Under the pieces are notes generated by a model, which was not told where the DNA came from, ran no database searches, and saw only the letters and a list, made by a program, of their open reading frames with translations. Positions 53,748 to 62,999 of a stretch of DNA of 64,000 nt are shown here, piece after piece; positions within the stretch are counted from its first letter, which is position 1, and every line of letters starts with the position of its first letter. Source of the stretch: an uncultured virus (IMG/VR IMGVR_UViG_3300028805_000054) (taxonomy: Duplodnaviria; Heunggongvirae; Uroviricota; Caudoviricetes); the IMG/VR virus record IMGVR_UViG_3300028805_000054, one strand, 5' to 3'. The translations under genes and the position numbers were made by a program.

Positions 53748-55898
53748 ATGGAAAAACATAAAATTATAGTACCGAAAGGAATTAGGTATATAGGTGATTG
53801 GAAGGATTTTGATCTTGAGAATTATGAAGGTCCTTATATTATCAATAAAACTCTCACAGGATGTGGATTTACTGAACATTGTCTTACTAATGATAAAGAT
53901 ATAGTTCTGATATCCCCAAGGCGTTTCCTCTTAGAGAATAAGGAGGAACAACACCCAGGAGATGTCTACTATTTCAGAAATGATAATGAAGTATCCGTTG
54001 ATTTTGAGTTAGATATTGAGAAAGATGACGTTAAGGCTATTCAGGAGAAAGCCGAGGAAACAGAAGACTCAAAGAATAAGACCCTGGAAAATCTTGATCG
54101 GATAAAGAGGAATCTGGGGAATACTTATTTGACATTTAAACATGATAATCCAGATAAACCTTTTAAGATTCTTGTTACTTACGACTCTTTCAAGCATGTC
54201 AAGAATGTGCTTAAAGATCTTAAGAAGGAAGGTAGTGTCTCATACTTTGATACAGACAAGGACAGTATTGTAGAGGCTGAAACTGAATTTGATAATTTCT
54301 TCTGTGTGGTAGACGAATTTCAATCTATCTTCATTGATGCTAGATTCAAATCAGAGGCAGAAATAACGCTTCTCAAGGAGTTGGATGGATGTAAGAGATT
54401 ATGTTTTGTTTCAGCTACTCCAATGCTTGATAAATATCTGGAGATGCTTAAAGAATTTAAAGACTTACCATATTATGAATTAGACTGGAGTGCTGAGGAT
54501 CCAGGTCGAGTAGTAAAGCCAAAGATTGAGATTAAATTTACAAAGAGTCTTAATGAGGAGGCAAGAATGGTAGTTAATAGTTATAAGAATGGGAAGTATG
54601 ATGTGCGAATTGATCCTGACACTAAAGAAATTATAGAGTCTAGAGAAGCAGTCTTATTCTTTAACTCAGTGGCTGGTATTTGTCAAGTGATTAGAACTAA
54701 TAAACTTCACCTAGAGGATTGTAATATTATATGTGCAGATACTTCTAAGAATAAGGAGGCAGTTAAGAAAGCCTTAAATTCAGTTCTTAAGAAGGAGGCA
54801 GAAGAAAAAGGATTAACTCCAAAATATTTCACTAAGAATGATAAGGTGATTGGAAAAATTCCTGTGAAGGGAGAACCGCATAAGATGTTCACTTTCTGTA
54901 CTCGAACTGTATATCTAGGAGCTGATTTCTATTCAACAAACGCTAGATCTTTTATATTCTCAGATGCTAATATAGATTGTCTGAGCGTAGATATTAGTAT
55001 GGACTTAGAACAAATCCTAGGTAGACAGAGACTTTTAATCAACCCCTGGAAAGATTATGCTAAAGTATTTATTCGTACTCTTTCAAAGAAAAATACTAAA
55101 ACTGAAGGGGAATTTAAAAAGAGGCTAAACACTAAGATCAAGAAGACAGAAAATCTTTTAGCTTCATATACAGAAGTTGATCCGAGTAGAAGAAAAGATT
55201 TAGCAGAAAACTATCTTACTGTTGCTAAGATGTGTCACTATAGAAATGATTATGTATCAGTAAGAGTTGAAAAAGATTGGGAGACTAAAAAAATTATTTC
55301 AATGACTCCAGAATTCAATGAGCTGATGATGATTTCTGACATGAGAGCCTTTGAAGTCCAGCAGGTAGATTACAAAGATCGATTTACAGTATTCTCAGCA
55401 GTTAATCAAAGCGGAATAGAAGGTGCTACCATCAAGTCATGTGAGCTAGTAGAAGAATTCAATCATTACGGAGATACTACATCAAGACTTAAGATGCTAG
55501 TTCAGATTAGTGAAGATAAGAGTCTGACTAGTAGTGACATTGGTGCCTTCTTAGAAATGATACCACCAAAATATAAAGATTATTACCTAATAGTTGGACC
55601 AGATATTATTAGGGCTTGCGGTTGTTTTGAATGTGAAGTTAAGAAAAGATGGAGAAAAGAAGTTGAGGGTGATGACTATAACGAACAAGTTATTTCCAGG
55701 ATGGGAGATATGTTCAGGATTGGTCATAAGTATTCAAAATCTGGCATAAAAGAATCACTGAAAAAATTATATCAGGAGTTAGATTACAAGAAGACAGCTA
55801 AAGCCACTGATCTAGAAGTTATATATGTTACGAAAGCCATCAAACTACAGGAAGATGGTAAATGGGTAAATGGCTTTGAGATATTAGGTAAACGATAA
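53748..55898 (+). CDS. SF2 helicase-like protein, paralog B (716 aa from MEKHKII)
   Basis: Colinear with, and the same length as, 26447..28597; same motifs. Confidence 0.78.
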   Translation: MEKHKIIVPKGIRYIGDWKDFDLENYEGPYIINKTLTGCGFTEHCLTNDKDIVLISPRRFLLENKEEQHPGDVYYFRNDNEVSVDFELDIEKDDVKAIQEKAEETEDSKNKTLENLDRIKRNLGNTYLTFKHDNPDKPFKILVTYDSFKHVKNVLKDLKKEGSVSYFDTDKDSIVEAETEFDNFFCVVDEFQSIFIDARFKSEAEITLLKELDGCKRLCFVSATPMLDKYLEMLKEFKDLPYYELDWSAEDPGRVVKPKIEIKFTKSLNEEARMVVNSYKNGKYDVRIDPDTKEIIESREAVLFFNSVAGICQVIRTNKLHLEDCNIICADTSKNKEAVKKALNSVLKKEAEEKGLTPKYFTKNDKVIGKIPVKGEPHKMFTFCTRTVYLGADFYSTNARSFIFSDANIDCLSVDISMDLEQILGRQRLLINPWKDYAKVFIRTLSKKNTKTEGEFKKRLNTKIKKTENLLASYTEVDPSRRKDLAENYLTVAKMCHYRNDYVSVRVEKDWETKKIISMTPEFNELMMISDMRAFEVQQVDYKDRFTVFSAVNQSGIEGATIKSCELVEEFNHYGDTTSRLKMLVQISEDKSLTSSDIGAFLEMIPPKYKDYYLIVGPDIIRACGCFECEVKKRWRKEVEGDDYNEQVISRMGDMFRIGHKYSKSGIKESLKKLYQELDYKKTAKATDLEVIYVTKAIKLQEDGKWVNGFEILGKR

Positions 55899-55913
55899 AC
55901 ACCTTATATATAT

Positions 55914-56087
55914 ATGAAGAAAAAGAAAGTGATGAACGTTAAGACCTTGGCAGAAAAGGTACGGCGTGAAAACGAGTTAAAGGATTATGGGAGGATCTTA
56001 AGTCTTCGTCCTTCCATAGTTCACACTGATAAGACAAAATACAACCGGAAGACTAAACATCGTAATCAAGAGGAGGATGAAGCATGA
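55914..56087 (+). CDS. Small basic protein (57 aa, not in ORF track), ArfA-like tail
   Basis: MKKKKV...SLRPSIVHTDKTKYNRKTKHR; promoter motif 55902-55912; ATGA overlap with the next gene. Confidence 0.65.
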   Translation: MKKKKVMNVKTLAEKVRRENELKDYGRILSLRPSIVHTDKTKYNRKTKHRNQEEDEA

Positions 56088-56734
56088 ACCTAGGACAGAA
56101 GATTGACCTGGATAATAACGACAGGAATAGGAAGATTTGGTTTATGTCTGATCTTCACTACAACCACAGGAATATACTTTGGATTAACCAGTCGACAAGA
56201 GGAGATAGGTTTAAGGATTTGGAAGAGATGAACCAATATATCCTGAGTGAGTTAAGGGCGAAAGTTAAGGAGGGGGATATTCTATTTGACCTTGGAGACC
56301 TGATATGGAAAGAAGGACCACCCGAGATTAAATTATTCAGCGAGGTTCTTCCCGTTAGATCTCACCGTGTATTAGGCAACCACGATGGAAGAAATCTAGA
56401 AGCATGGGGAAAATGTTGGTGTAGTATTTCTGATCTCCTTGACTTGATTGTGAAATACCAGGGAGAGGATATTCGGATTACTCTTTCCCATTACCCCTTA
56501 CTAGACTGGAATCATAGATATCGTGGGTCTTGGAATATACACGGTCATTGTCACGGGAATCTCGACTTGCTGAATAATGAGAGCGGAGAGTTAAGGATGG
56601 ATATAGGTTTTGATTCTGAGATTGCTTCGCGTGTTGGTTCTTTCCTGATACCTTTCGAGAGTATATTGGTTGAGATGAAGAAGCGAACAGGTGGGAAAGG
56701 ATTTAGAGACTGGGCAAAAGAAAGGTTTAATTGA
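56084..56734 (+). CDS. Calcineurin-like metallophosphoesterase
   Basis: SDLHYNH, LGD, GNHD, SHYP, HGHCH. Confidence 0.9.
   Translation: MNLGQKIDLDNNDRNRKIWFMSDLHYNHRNILWINQSTRGDRFKDLEEMNQYILSELRAKVKEGDILFDLGDLIWKEGPPEIKLFSEVLPVRSHRVLGNHDGRNLEAWGKCWCSISDLLDLIVKYQGEDIRITLSHYPLLDWNHRYRGSWNIHGHCHGNLDLLNNESGELRMDIGFDSEIASRVGSFLIPFESILVEMKKRTGGKGFRDWAKERFN
56332..56578. repeat. Ladder element 14 (inside CDS)
   Basis: attattcagc/gctgaataat; ttcccgt/acgggaa; accgtgtat/atacacggt; ccacgat/atcgtgg; tctag/ctaga. Confidence 0.9.
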
Positions 56735-56906
56735 CTATGATAGGTTTCATTAAATTTGGATTGGCGAAAAGTGGAGCATTATTTCCTATCTGTGAAGTTC
56801 TCCTCTTGATAGATCTTCTAATTCTTATTCTGCGCTTAGGAAATGTGTGGACTTGGATTTATAGGATATAATATTTTGTTGGTGATTGAATATTTAAAGC
56901 AAAGTT

Positions 56907-57263
56907 ATGGAGAAAGAAGAGTATAAAAAGTTGAAGGTTGGGGATATTGTTTACCTATTCAAACTTGATATCTCCAGGAATGCTTATCGTGTTAATTTTG
57001 GAGTAGCAGCCGAACTTAAGATGATAGGAAAAGATGAATTTGAAGTCACTAAGCTCATCAATGGCAAACACTTCAAGATTGGCGAAACAGTAAAAATAGA
57101 TGACCTAAGCTGGAGAAGTAAATTCAGATCTCTTAATCTCTGGAAAAAGTTGGAGGATGGTGTAGCGTCTTGGAATGCAGTTATCATAAATGCAGAAGAC
57201 CTGTTAACCTCTACTTACGAAACTAGAAAGAAAGGACTAATAAAACGATTAATTCAGGTATGA
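56907..57263 (+). CDS. hypothetical protein, tandem paralog 1
   Basis: KEEY..LK.GD...SWN..I....LTSTYE. Confidence 0.7.
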   Translation: MEKEEYKKLKVGDIVYLFKLDISRNAYRVNFGVAAELKMIGKDEFEVTKLINGKHFKIGETVKIDDLSWRSKFRSLNLWKKLEDGVASWNAVIINAEDLLTSTYETRKKGLIKRLIQV

Positions 57264-57613
57264 CAAAAGAAGAATATAATGGATTGAAACCTGGAGATCA
57301 TGTTTGGGTTTCTAAGGTATCTTTCAGTGACCGTGGAACAATGACCTTAGGATTATTTGCGGAACTTGAGAAAGAGAAGGGAGGAGGCTTTTTGGTAGTG
57401 AAGGTAGAGAAAGGAACGACACTGAAAGAAGGTAGATCTGTTTGTGCTACTTATTGGAGTTCTCCTTTTGGATATTCAGACCTACACAAAACCAGGAAAG
57501 ATGCTCTGGAGTCTTGGAACCGGAATATCTATAACACTATCGATCGCTTAACTTCTACCTACGAACAGACAATAAAGCGAATTAGGAAGAAGATAATTAG
57601 TGATGAAGTCTAA
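57260..57613 (+). CDS. hypothetical protein, tandem paralog 2
   Basis: Same motifs. Confidence 0.7.
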   Translation: MTKEEYNGLKPGDHVWVSKVSFSDRGTMTLGLFAELEKEKGGGFLVVKVEKGTTLKEGRSVCATYWSSPFGYSDLHKTRKDALESWNRNIYNTIDRLTSTYEQTIKRIRKKIISDEV

Positions 57614-57637
57614 TGTTATTTTAGAGGAGGAAGTGAC

Positions 57638-58177
57638 ATGATATTATGGTTGAAATTTATATGTCCGATTCTTATTCTGATTGCCTTATGGTTTTGGAAT
57701 CATCGGAAAAGGTACCAGAAATTAGTAATGGAAAAGATGGTAGTCCCGCATTATGAGTTTGGGATGTTAGATGAGGGAACCAAAGAGAAGATTTCTGTAC
57801 TCCCTGGCATTGGAACTGTGTTAGAAGGACTGGGGAATACGGTCAAAGTTTATCAGGTTGTCGAAGATGAAAAGGTTATTGCTGCTATCTTATTCTCCTG
57901 GCCTTCCTCTTTATGGCGTTTCAGGGAGGAGCGTGGAGAAACTGAAACTTTAGGCTCTTACTCTCATATATATTGGGTAGAAGTCTTAGAGTTACATCGA
58001 GGAAAGGGTCACTTAAGTCGGCTCCTGGATATGGTAATTTCAGACACTCACCGGATATCTGAAGGTATTACTATTGACATTGAGGACCCGGAGATTAAAG
58101 GACTATTTAGACGGAAGTTCGAATTTAAGGATATGGGAAATAATAAATTGGTATTGAGTTATGACAATTGGAGTTGA
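57638..58177 (+). CDS. GNAT-like protein with N-terminal TM
   Basis: VEVLELHRGKGH motif A. Confidence 0.6.
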   Translation: MILWLKFICPILILIALWFWNHRKRYQKLVMEKMVVPHYEFGMLDEGTKEKISVLPGIGTVLEGLGNTVKVYQVVEDEKVIAAILFSWPSSLWRFREERGETETLGSYSHIYWVEVLELHRGKGHLSRLLDMVISDTHRISEGITIDIEDPEIKGLFRRKFEFKDMGNNKLVLSYDNWS

Positions 58178-58622
58178 TTTTGATAATACGATAGTTATAG
58201 ATGAGTGGCCAGAAATAGGAGCCCTCATTCCCGGAGCCATAGAAACATTGAAAGAATTACAGGCGAGGGGTCATCGGATAATTCTTTACACACAGCGGAC
58301 GGATGACTATTATTGTTATTGTCCGGAGTTGATAGAGTATGGGAAGAAACACGGGAAGAGTTTTAAAGATACGGTGAATTTATTGGAACCCGCTGTGAAA
58401 CTCTTATCCGATAATGGAATCTCGCCTGATGCTATCAATTCAAATCCTTGGTGGGAAGCGGAGTGTCAGGATTATGGAAGGAAAGTTTATTTTGATGTCC
58501 TGATAGATGACCATAACGCAGGGATAACCAGGAAGACCGTTAAGAACAGTAAAGGAGAGTGGTGTGAAGTTGTAGATTGGGATGCTCTCCGGGAATGGTT
58601 AAAGAAAGAGGGAATATTATGA
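58161..58622 (+). CDS. HAD-superfamily hydrolase
   Basis: IGVDFDNTIV, ILYT.R, RKV..D.LIDD. Confidence 0.85.
   Translation: MTIGVDFDNTIVIDEWPEIGALIPGAIETLKELQARGHRIILYTQRTDDYYCYCPELIEYGKKHGKSFKDTVNLLEPAVKLLSDNGISPDAINSNPWWEAECQDYGRKVYFDVLIDDHNAGITRKTVKNSKGEWCEVVDWDALREWLKKEGIL
58260..58428. repeat. Ladder element 15 (inside CDS)
   Basis: caggcgag/ctcgcctg; atcggataa/ttatccgat; cacagcgg/ccgctgtg. Confidence 0.85.
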
Positions 58623-58840
58623 GCATCTGGAAAACGCTAAGACAAGAGAAGCCTAAAGATTATCACAACTTATTTATTCTCACTAGATCTAATAAGGTAA
58701 TAAGAGGATTTTATTGCTCAGAAAATAAAAAATTTTATTACAGAGACGGTTGGGTTAAGCCAGTCGTATATAAGAGGTGGTGTTATGAAGAAGATCTTGT
58801 GGCTAACATCTTGGAAGAAATTAAAAAGGATAAGCATTAA
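58619..58840 (+). CDS. hypothetical protein
   Basis: ATGA overlap; WCY.EDL motif. Confidence 0.6.
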   Translation: MSIWKTLRQEKPKDYHNLFILTRSNKVIRGFYCSENKKFYYRDGWVKPVVYKRWCYEEDLVANILEEIKKDKH

Positions 58841-59127
58841 AACTTATCCTTCTTTTTCTTTTCTCTTCCTAATGGTCCGAGAGGTTGCCATCCGACTATT
58901 TTATCTCTTCCTTCAAACTCATTATCACCTTTCATTTCCCACAACATACTACAGAGATCATCATTCCACAATCTACAGATGGGATTACTATTGAATGGAC
59001 ATTTTTCACAACGAGTATTATCGGAAGGGATTAAGGTAAAAGATATTCGGCCTCTTTTGTTTGTCCACCTCATAGAAGCCTTTAATCTACCTCCACTCTC
59101 CCACCATATATCAACTTGTCTGGCCAT
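58837..59127 (-). CDS. hypothetical protein with Cys cluster
   Basis: CEKCPF...C...C. Confidence 0.55.
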   Translation of the reverse strand: MARQVDIWWESGGRLKASMRWTNKRGRISFTLIPSDNTRCEKCPFNSNPICRLWNDDLCSMLWEMKGDNEFEGRDKIVGWQPLGPLGREKKKKDKF

Positions 59128-59789
59128 AATTCTTTCAGTTCTTCCAGAGACCACCAACATTCAGGATCCTCGGCTTCTTGGAGATGTTTATTATAAGTTT
59201 CCTCGTCTATCCCATCATATGTAATATCCTTAGTCTCATAGTCTTCTCTCACTTTGGTCACTTTTCCATCTTTCACTTTCCATTCAGCATAAACCCAAAG
59301 AGGATCACCCTGTTCAACGAGATATGTAGTAAAGTCAAGGAAAGGCCAAGTTTCTGCTACCTTCTTCAGATCTTCTTCCAGCTCATCTTCATCAACTCCA
59401 TATTTACCTCCCCATAATAGACCACCAACATCTCCTTCTGGGCTAATCCATCCATGAGGTCCGTTCACAGAGCAACAAGATATCCAATGGTTTAATAGGT
59501 GATGAAGACCAAGACATCCCCATTCTTTTGTTTTCCATTCATCATAAACTCGAATCTTATCTAGTATGCCATCTCCTTCTAACATATACCCATAGTCAAG
59601 GTCGCAGCAGGAATGATCTCTTTCGATAGCTTCAAAATCTGCTCTAACTCCTGATAACTTGTAGAGAAGACGATTAAATTTATGATTATTTCCATTCCAC
59701 ATTTTCTCATAAAATGCATCGGTTCTTCTTATAATCTCGATCGCATCTTCCTTACTAACCTTCTTTCCACTAACCACTATATATTCCAT
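59082..59789 (-). CDS. conserved hypothetical phage protein
   Basis: EIIRRTD; NHWISC...GPHGW. Confidence 0.75.
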   Translation of the reverse strand: MEYIVVSGKKVSKEDAIEIIRRTDAFYEKMWNGNNHKFNRLLYKLSGVRADFEAIERDHSCCDLDYGYMLEGDGILDKIRVYDEWKTKEWGCLGLHHLLNHWISCCSVNGPHGWISPEGDVGGLLWGGKYGVDEDELEEDLKKVAETWPFLDFTTYLVEQGDPLWVYAEWKVKDGKVTKVREDYETKDITYDGIDEETYNKHLQEAEDPECWWSLEELKELWPDKLIYGGRVEVD

Positions 59790-60061
59790 TCTTCAAACCA
59801 ATCATAAAAAATAGTGGGATCAAAATTTAAGATTCTTTTATTCCAATAGTCTTTTAGTAAGATTTGTCCGGTACATATCTTTCTACCATCTCTTGTTTCA
59901 ATCCACATACCATACAAAAGGGAATCAATCTCTCTAACCTCTAATTTTCCAAGATTGTCCAAAAATGCTGAAATTTCTTTAGAGCTTAAATCATATCCAA
60001 ATTCTAAAGCTTCATAGCACTTCTTTCTTCGTTTATTAGATCCTTTTCTTCCTACCAGCAT
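59777..60061 (-). CDS. hypothetical protein
   Basis: Operon ORF. Confidence 0.6.
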   Translation of the reverse strand: MLVGRKGSNKRRKKCYEALEFGYDLSSKEISAFLDNLGKLEVREIDSLLYGMWIETRDGRKICTGQILLKDYWNKRILNFDPTIFYDWFEEWNI

Positions 60062-60290
60062 CCTTAAATTTTCTAGGTGGGATAATCATGTCAACCAGCA
60101 ATTCTTTATCTGGCTTTTGGTACTTATTTTTCGGATTTTCTTTCTTCAATGTTGTTCTCATGAATAATCTCTTTAAGTTGACTTTCTTTCTCCCCTTAAC
60201 TGTTGCAAAAGAATAAAACAAAGGACTCACCCGAAATGCAAAACTCCTTATTCCGTTCTCCCCTAAGTACTCATATATTTTTACCTTCAC
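60036..60290 (-). CDS. basic hypothetical protein, tandem paralog 1
   Basis: VKG.K.V.L.RL..RT....NP..KY..PD. Confidence 0.65.
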   Translation of the reverse strand: MKVKIYEYLGENGIRSFAFRVSPLFYSFATVKGRKKVNLKRLFMRTTLKKENPKNKYQKPDKELLVDMIIPPRKFKDAGRKKRI

Positions 60291-60320
60291 ATTAATAAGG
60301 AAAATAAAGGAGCAAGAAAT

Positions 60321-60572
60321 TTAATTCTGCTTCATAATTCTTTTGAAAATTTTATCTTGAATATAAAACTTCTTAACTTCATCTGGATTTGAGTATTTAA
60401 TTCTAGGATTAACTCTAGAGAAATGAGTTCTAAGGATGAGTCGACTTAATTTTACTCTCTTATTACCCTTCACATTAATCTCAGATCCAAAAACCTTCAT
60501 GATAAAAAATCTATATTGCCTATAGTGTCTATAATCTTTTCTTCTGTAAATCCAAACTATTACTTTCACCAT
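60321..60572 (-). CDS. basic hypothetical protein, tandem paralog 2
   Basis: Same motif. Confidence 0.65.
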   Translation of the reverse strand: MVKVIVWIYRRKDYRHYRQYRFFIMKVFGSEINVKGNKRVKLSRLILRTHFSRVNPRIKYSNPDEVKKFYIQDKIFKRIMKQN

Positions 60573-60921
60573 TCAAGATTTTTATCATATCTGTATAGCC
60601 ATATTCACCCGGACCTAACACAGAATAACCAAGCTTTTCATACCAGCCTATCAGATCTTTATTCCAGGACTCAACGCATAAACAAATTTCTTCCTCCCCA
60701 ATTTCATCCTGCACTATTCTCTCTGCTTCCTTCACTAATTCCGTTCCTATTCCACGGTTTCGGTTTTCAGGAAGGACAGATAAACCAGACAATACAACAC
60801 CTTCCTCCAAATCTTGACTCACTTTGATTATTCCACTTCCGTCATCACACACTATCACCCAAGTTTTACCCCAGATCCATTCATTCCGATGTACTATAAA
60901 ACGTCTTTCATTTTTTCCCAT
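60529..60921 (-). CDS. GNAT acetyltransferase
   Basis: LSVLPENRNRGIGTELV; WYEKLGY. Confidence 0.85.
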   Translation of the reverse strand: MGKNERRFIVHRNEWIWGKTWVIVCDDGSGIIKVSQDLEEGVVLSGLSVLPENRNRGIGTELVKEAERIVQDEIGEEEICLCVESWNKDLIGWYEKLGYSVLGPGEYGYTDMIKILNGESNSLDLQKKRL

Positions 60922-61304
60922 AATGTCTTCGGATTTTTGCCTTTATTTGGTTTTCTCTTTGGCTTGACACTTAAAGGTCCATCCCCTGCAACCATTTTTA
61001 TTTCAGAACCAATGTGGAGGGAATTGTAGTGATCTTTTATTTTCCAATCTCTGAAGCCTTTATAATCTCTAAATCTTTCTTCGGGAGGTAGGTGGATTGG
61101 TTTTTCTCCGGAGTATAAGTGTTGTTCATCGCCAAAGTAATCGTTCACACATATCAGCCATAATCCTGTTTCCTCTTCAGCTTCCACTATCTCAATCCTA
61201 ACCGTTCCTTCTTCCGGTTTTAGGTCGATGCAATTAGGAATCCACATCTCATAGCCCATAGGAGTGTCTGGAGGGTAACCATATTTTCCATTCTCTTTCT
61301 TCAC
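60894..61304 (-). CDS. hypothetical protein
   Basis: Operon ORF. Confidence 0.6.
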   Translation of the reverse strand: MKKENGKYGYPPDTPMGYEMWIPNCIDLKPEEGTVRIEIVEAEEETGLWLICVNDYFGDEQHLYSGEKPIHLPPEERFRDYKGFRDWKIKDHYNSLHIGSEIKMVAGDGPLSVKPKRKPNKGKNPKTLWEKMKDVL

Positions 61305-61391
61305 CGGTTTTAAAGGCTGATAATAAAATATCTCCAGAAGGGTCGCCAGTATTAGTAACCCATAATTTATCTTTGGCTATTCCCATAACTT

Positions 61392-61811
61392 TCAGTGTTT
61401 ACGTTTCTCCAGTTCATCCTTCATAAAATTTGTAATGCCAATCTTAATATTATCTTGCTCATCGCTCCATTTTTCTAGCTCTTCCCAATATTCTAGAGTT
61501 GGGTCATCACATTCTAACATCCAAAGGTCGAAATAATGTTGAATCACTTTAATAGGGTATGATTTTCCTGCAGATGTTCTTTCTTGTAACATAACCATCT
61601 CACCTTTCGGAAGATTGGACCTAAGATACTCAACATCAATAGAGCATTCAATTTCTAAGTCAGGATCAAACCGAATTTCCCACCATCCTATATTCTGACT
61701 ATCCTCTAAGCCAGTAATAGGATAAAATTCATTTCCTATCTTTACAATTACCTTAGCACTATTTTCTTCACTCTCCAACTTCCTTAATATATCGTCACTC
61801 CAAATTATCAT
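61392..61811 (-). CDS. hypothetical protein
   Basis: Operon ORF. Confidence 0.65.
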   Translation of the reverse strand: MIIWSDDILRKLESEENSAKVIVKIGNEFYPITGLEDSQNIGWWEIRFDPDLEIECSIDVEYLRSNLPKGEMVMLQERTSAGKSYPIKVIQHYFDLWMLECDDPTLEYWEELEKWSDEQDNIKIGITNFMKDELEKRKH

Positions 61812-62527
61812 CTCTTTATAACCACTTCGAAAAGATGTCCATAAATACTATAAACTCGTAACCTAACCCCGGCCGGAAATCCACACTTCTTTATATACCG
61901 CTTGAATTTCCTCCGCGTGATTGGTCCCTTTATCGTTTCCGTATTAGTATTCCATTCCCGACACTCTAACCAATGATGCCACTTTCCCGTTTCTTCACTA
62001 TACATCCAGTCAGTATCCTCAACCTGAACATTCAACCTTAAGTTTCTTTGTCTAATACGCGGAAAAGAACCAAGCGGAAGAATCTTGAAGTGTGAGGAAG
62101 CGGCCGGTCTAACATAACTATCAAATTCTGAGTTTCTCGCTTTAATTTCTTCATAATCACTATATTGTTGTTTGAGTCTCCTCTGTATGAAATCGATTGG
62201 ACAATACCTGATCAACCATACATCAAAGTAAGTAGGCGTATTCCATAAGACCAGCTCACCTTTTCCGTTCGGGTCTGGTTCCCAATCTTCTCCGAGTGCA
62301 TCTTTGGCTTCTTGTACATGCTTAGGATCTTTATAATAATTCCGATATCTCTCCTTCTGTGCTTCAATTCTCTCCTTAAATTCGGCTTCTTCATATTCTG
62401 CCACCCAATCAATCGGAGCAAAGACATTACCAAAATCATCCGTTACCGTCCCTACACTTTTGGCCCAATCATACGCTGCCTTGTAATCTTCCCAACAAGT
62501 TACATAAGTCTTATCTATTCCTGCCAT
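61808..62527 (-). CDS. hypothetical phage protein
   Basis: MAGIDKTY...LWNTP..FD.WLIR.CP. Confidence 0.75.
   Translation of the reverse strand: MAGIDKTYVTCWEDYKAAYDWAKSVGTVTDDFGNVFAPIDWVAEYEEAEFKERIEAQKERYRNYYKDPKHVQEAKDALGEDWEPDPNGKGELVLWNTPTYFDVWLIRYCPIDFIQRRLKQQYSDYEEIKARNSEFDSYVRPAASSHFKILPLGSFPRIRQRNLRLNVQVEDTDWMYSEETGKWHHWLECREWNTNTETIKGPITRRKFKRYIKKCGFPAGVRLRVYSIYGHLFEVVIKR
61869..62107. repeat. Ladder element 16 (inside CDS)
   Basis: ccggccg/cggccgg; cacacttc/gaagtgtg; ccgcttg/caagcgg; tccgcgt/acgcgga. Confidence 0.88.
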
Positions 62528-62569
62528 AGTCGTAAACTCCTATCTTTTTCTCCTACGTCGAACAATAAC

Positions 62570-62851
62570 TCACTCATGATTCACGGTCTTGTTTTCTTGT
62601 TTGCGTCTCTCTTTACAAAACTTACAATTTCCTTTATGAGACATTAGACCAAAACTATAACCACTTCTTATTAAATACTCACAAGAATCGATCTCAATAA
62701 CTCGAAATCCCTTGAACTTAGCTTCCATGATTGAATCTTGTTTGGCCTTCTCTTTCTTGGCTAGATAATCTCGATATCTTTGTTCCTCTGTTCGGCTTTC
62801 ACATCCAAACATTAAAATAACCGCTAATATAATCAATATCTTTTTCATCAT
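62570..62851 (-). CDS. putative lipoprotein
   Basis: Signal + FGC lipobox; IDSCEY...HKGNC..C. Confidence 0.7.
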   Translation of the reverse strand: MMKKILIILAVILMFGCESRTEEQRYRDYLAKKEKAKQDSIMEAKFKGFRVIEIDSCEYLIRSGYSFGLMSHKGNCKFCKERRKQENKTVNHE

Positions 62852-62999
62852 ATATAAGGTTTTTGATTTAGAATTTTTACCATAAAGGGAAAAAAGGAGG
62901 GTTTAATTCCTCAGTTAGCTTTTTAAGTTAACAAGTCCAAAATAAGTAAATTTCATATTTACGTTAAGTTTGGCAAAAATATGAAAATTTTGTTATGAT

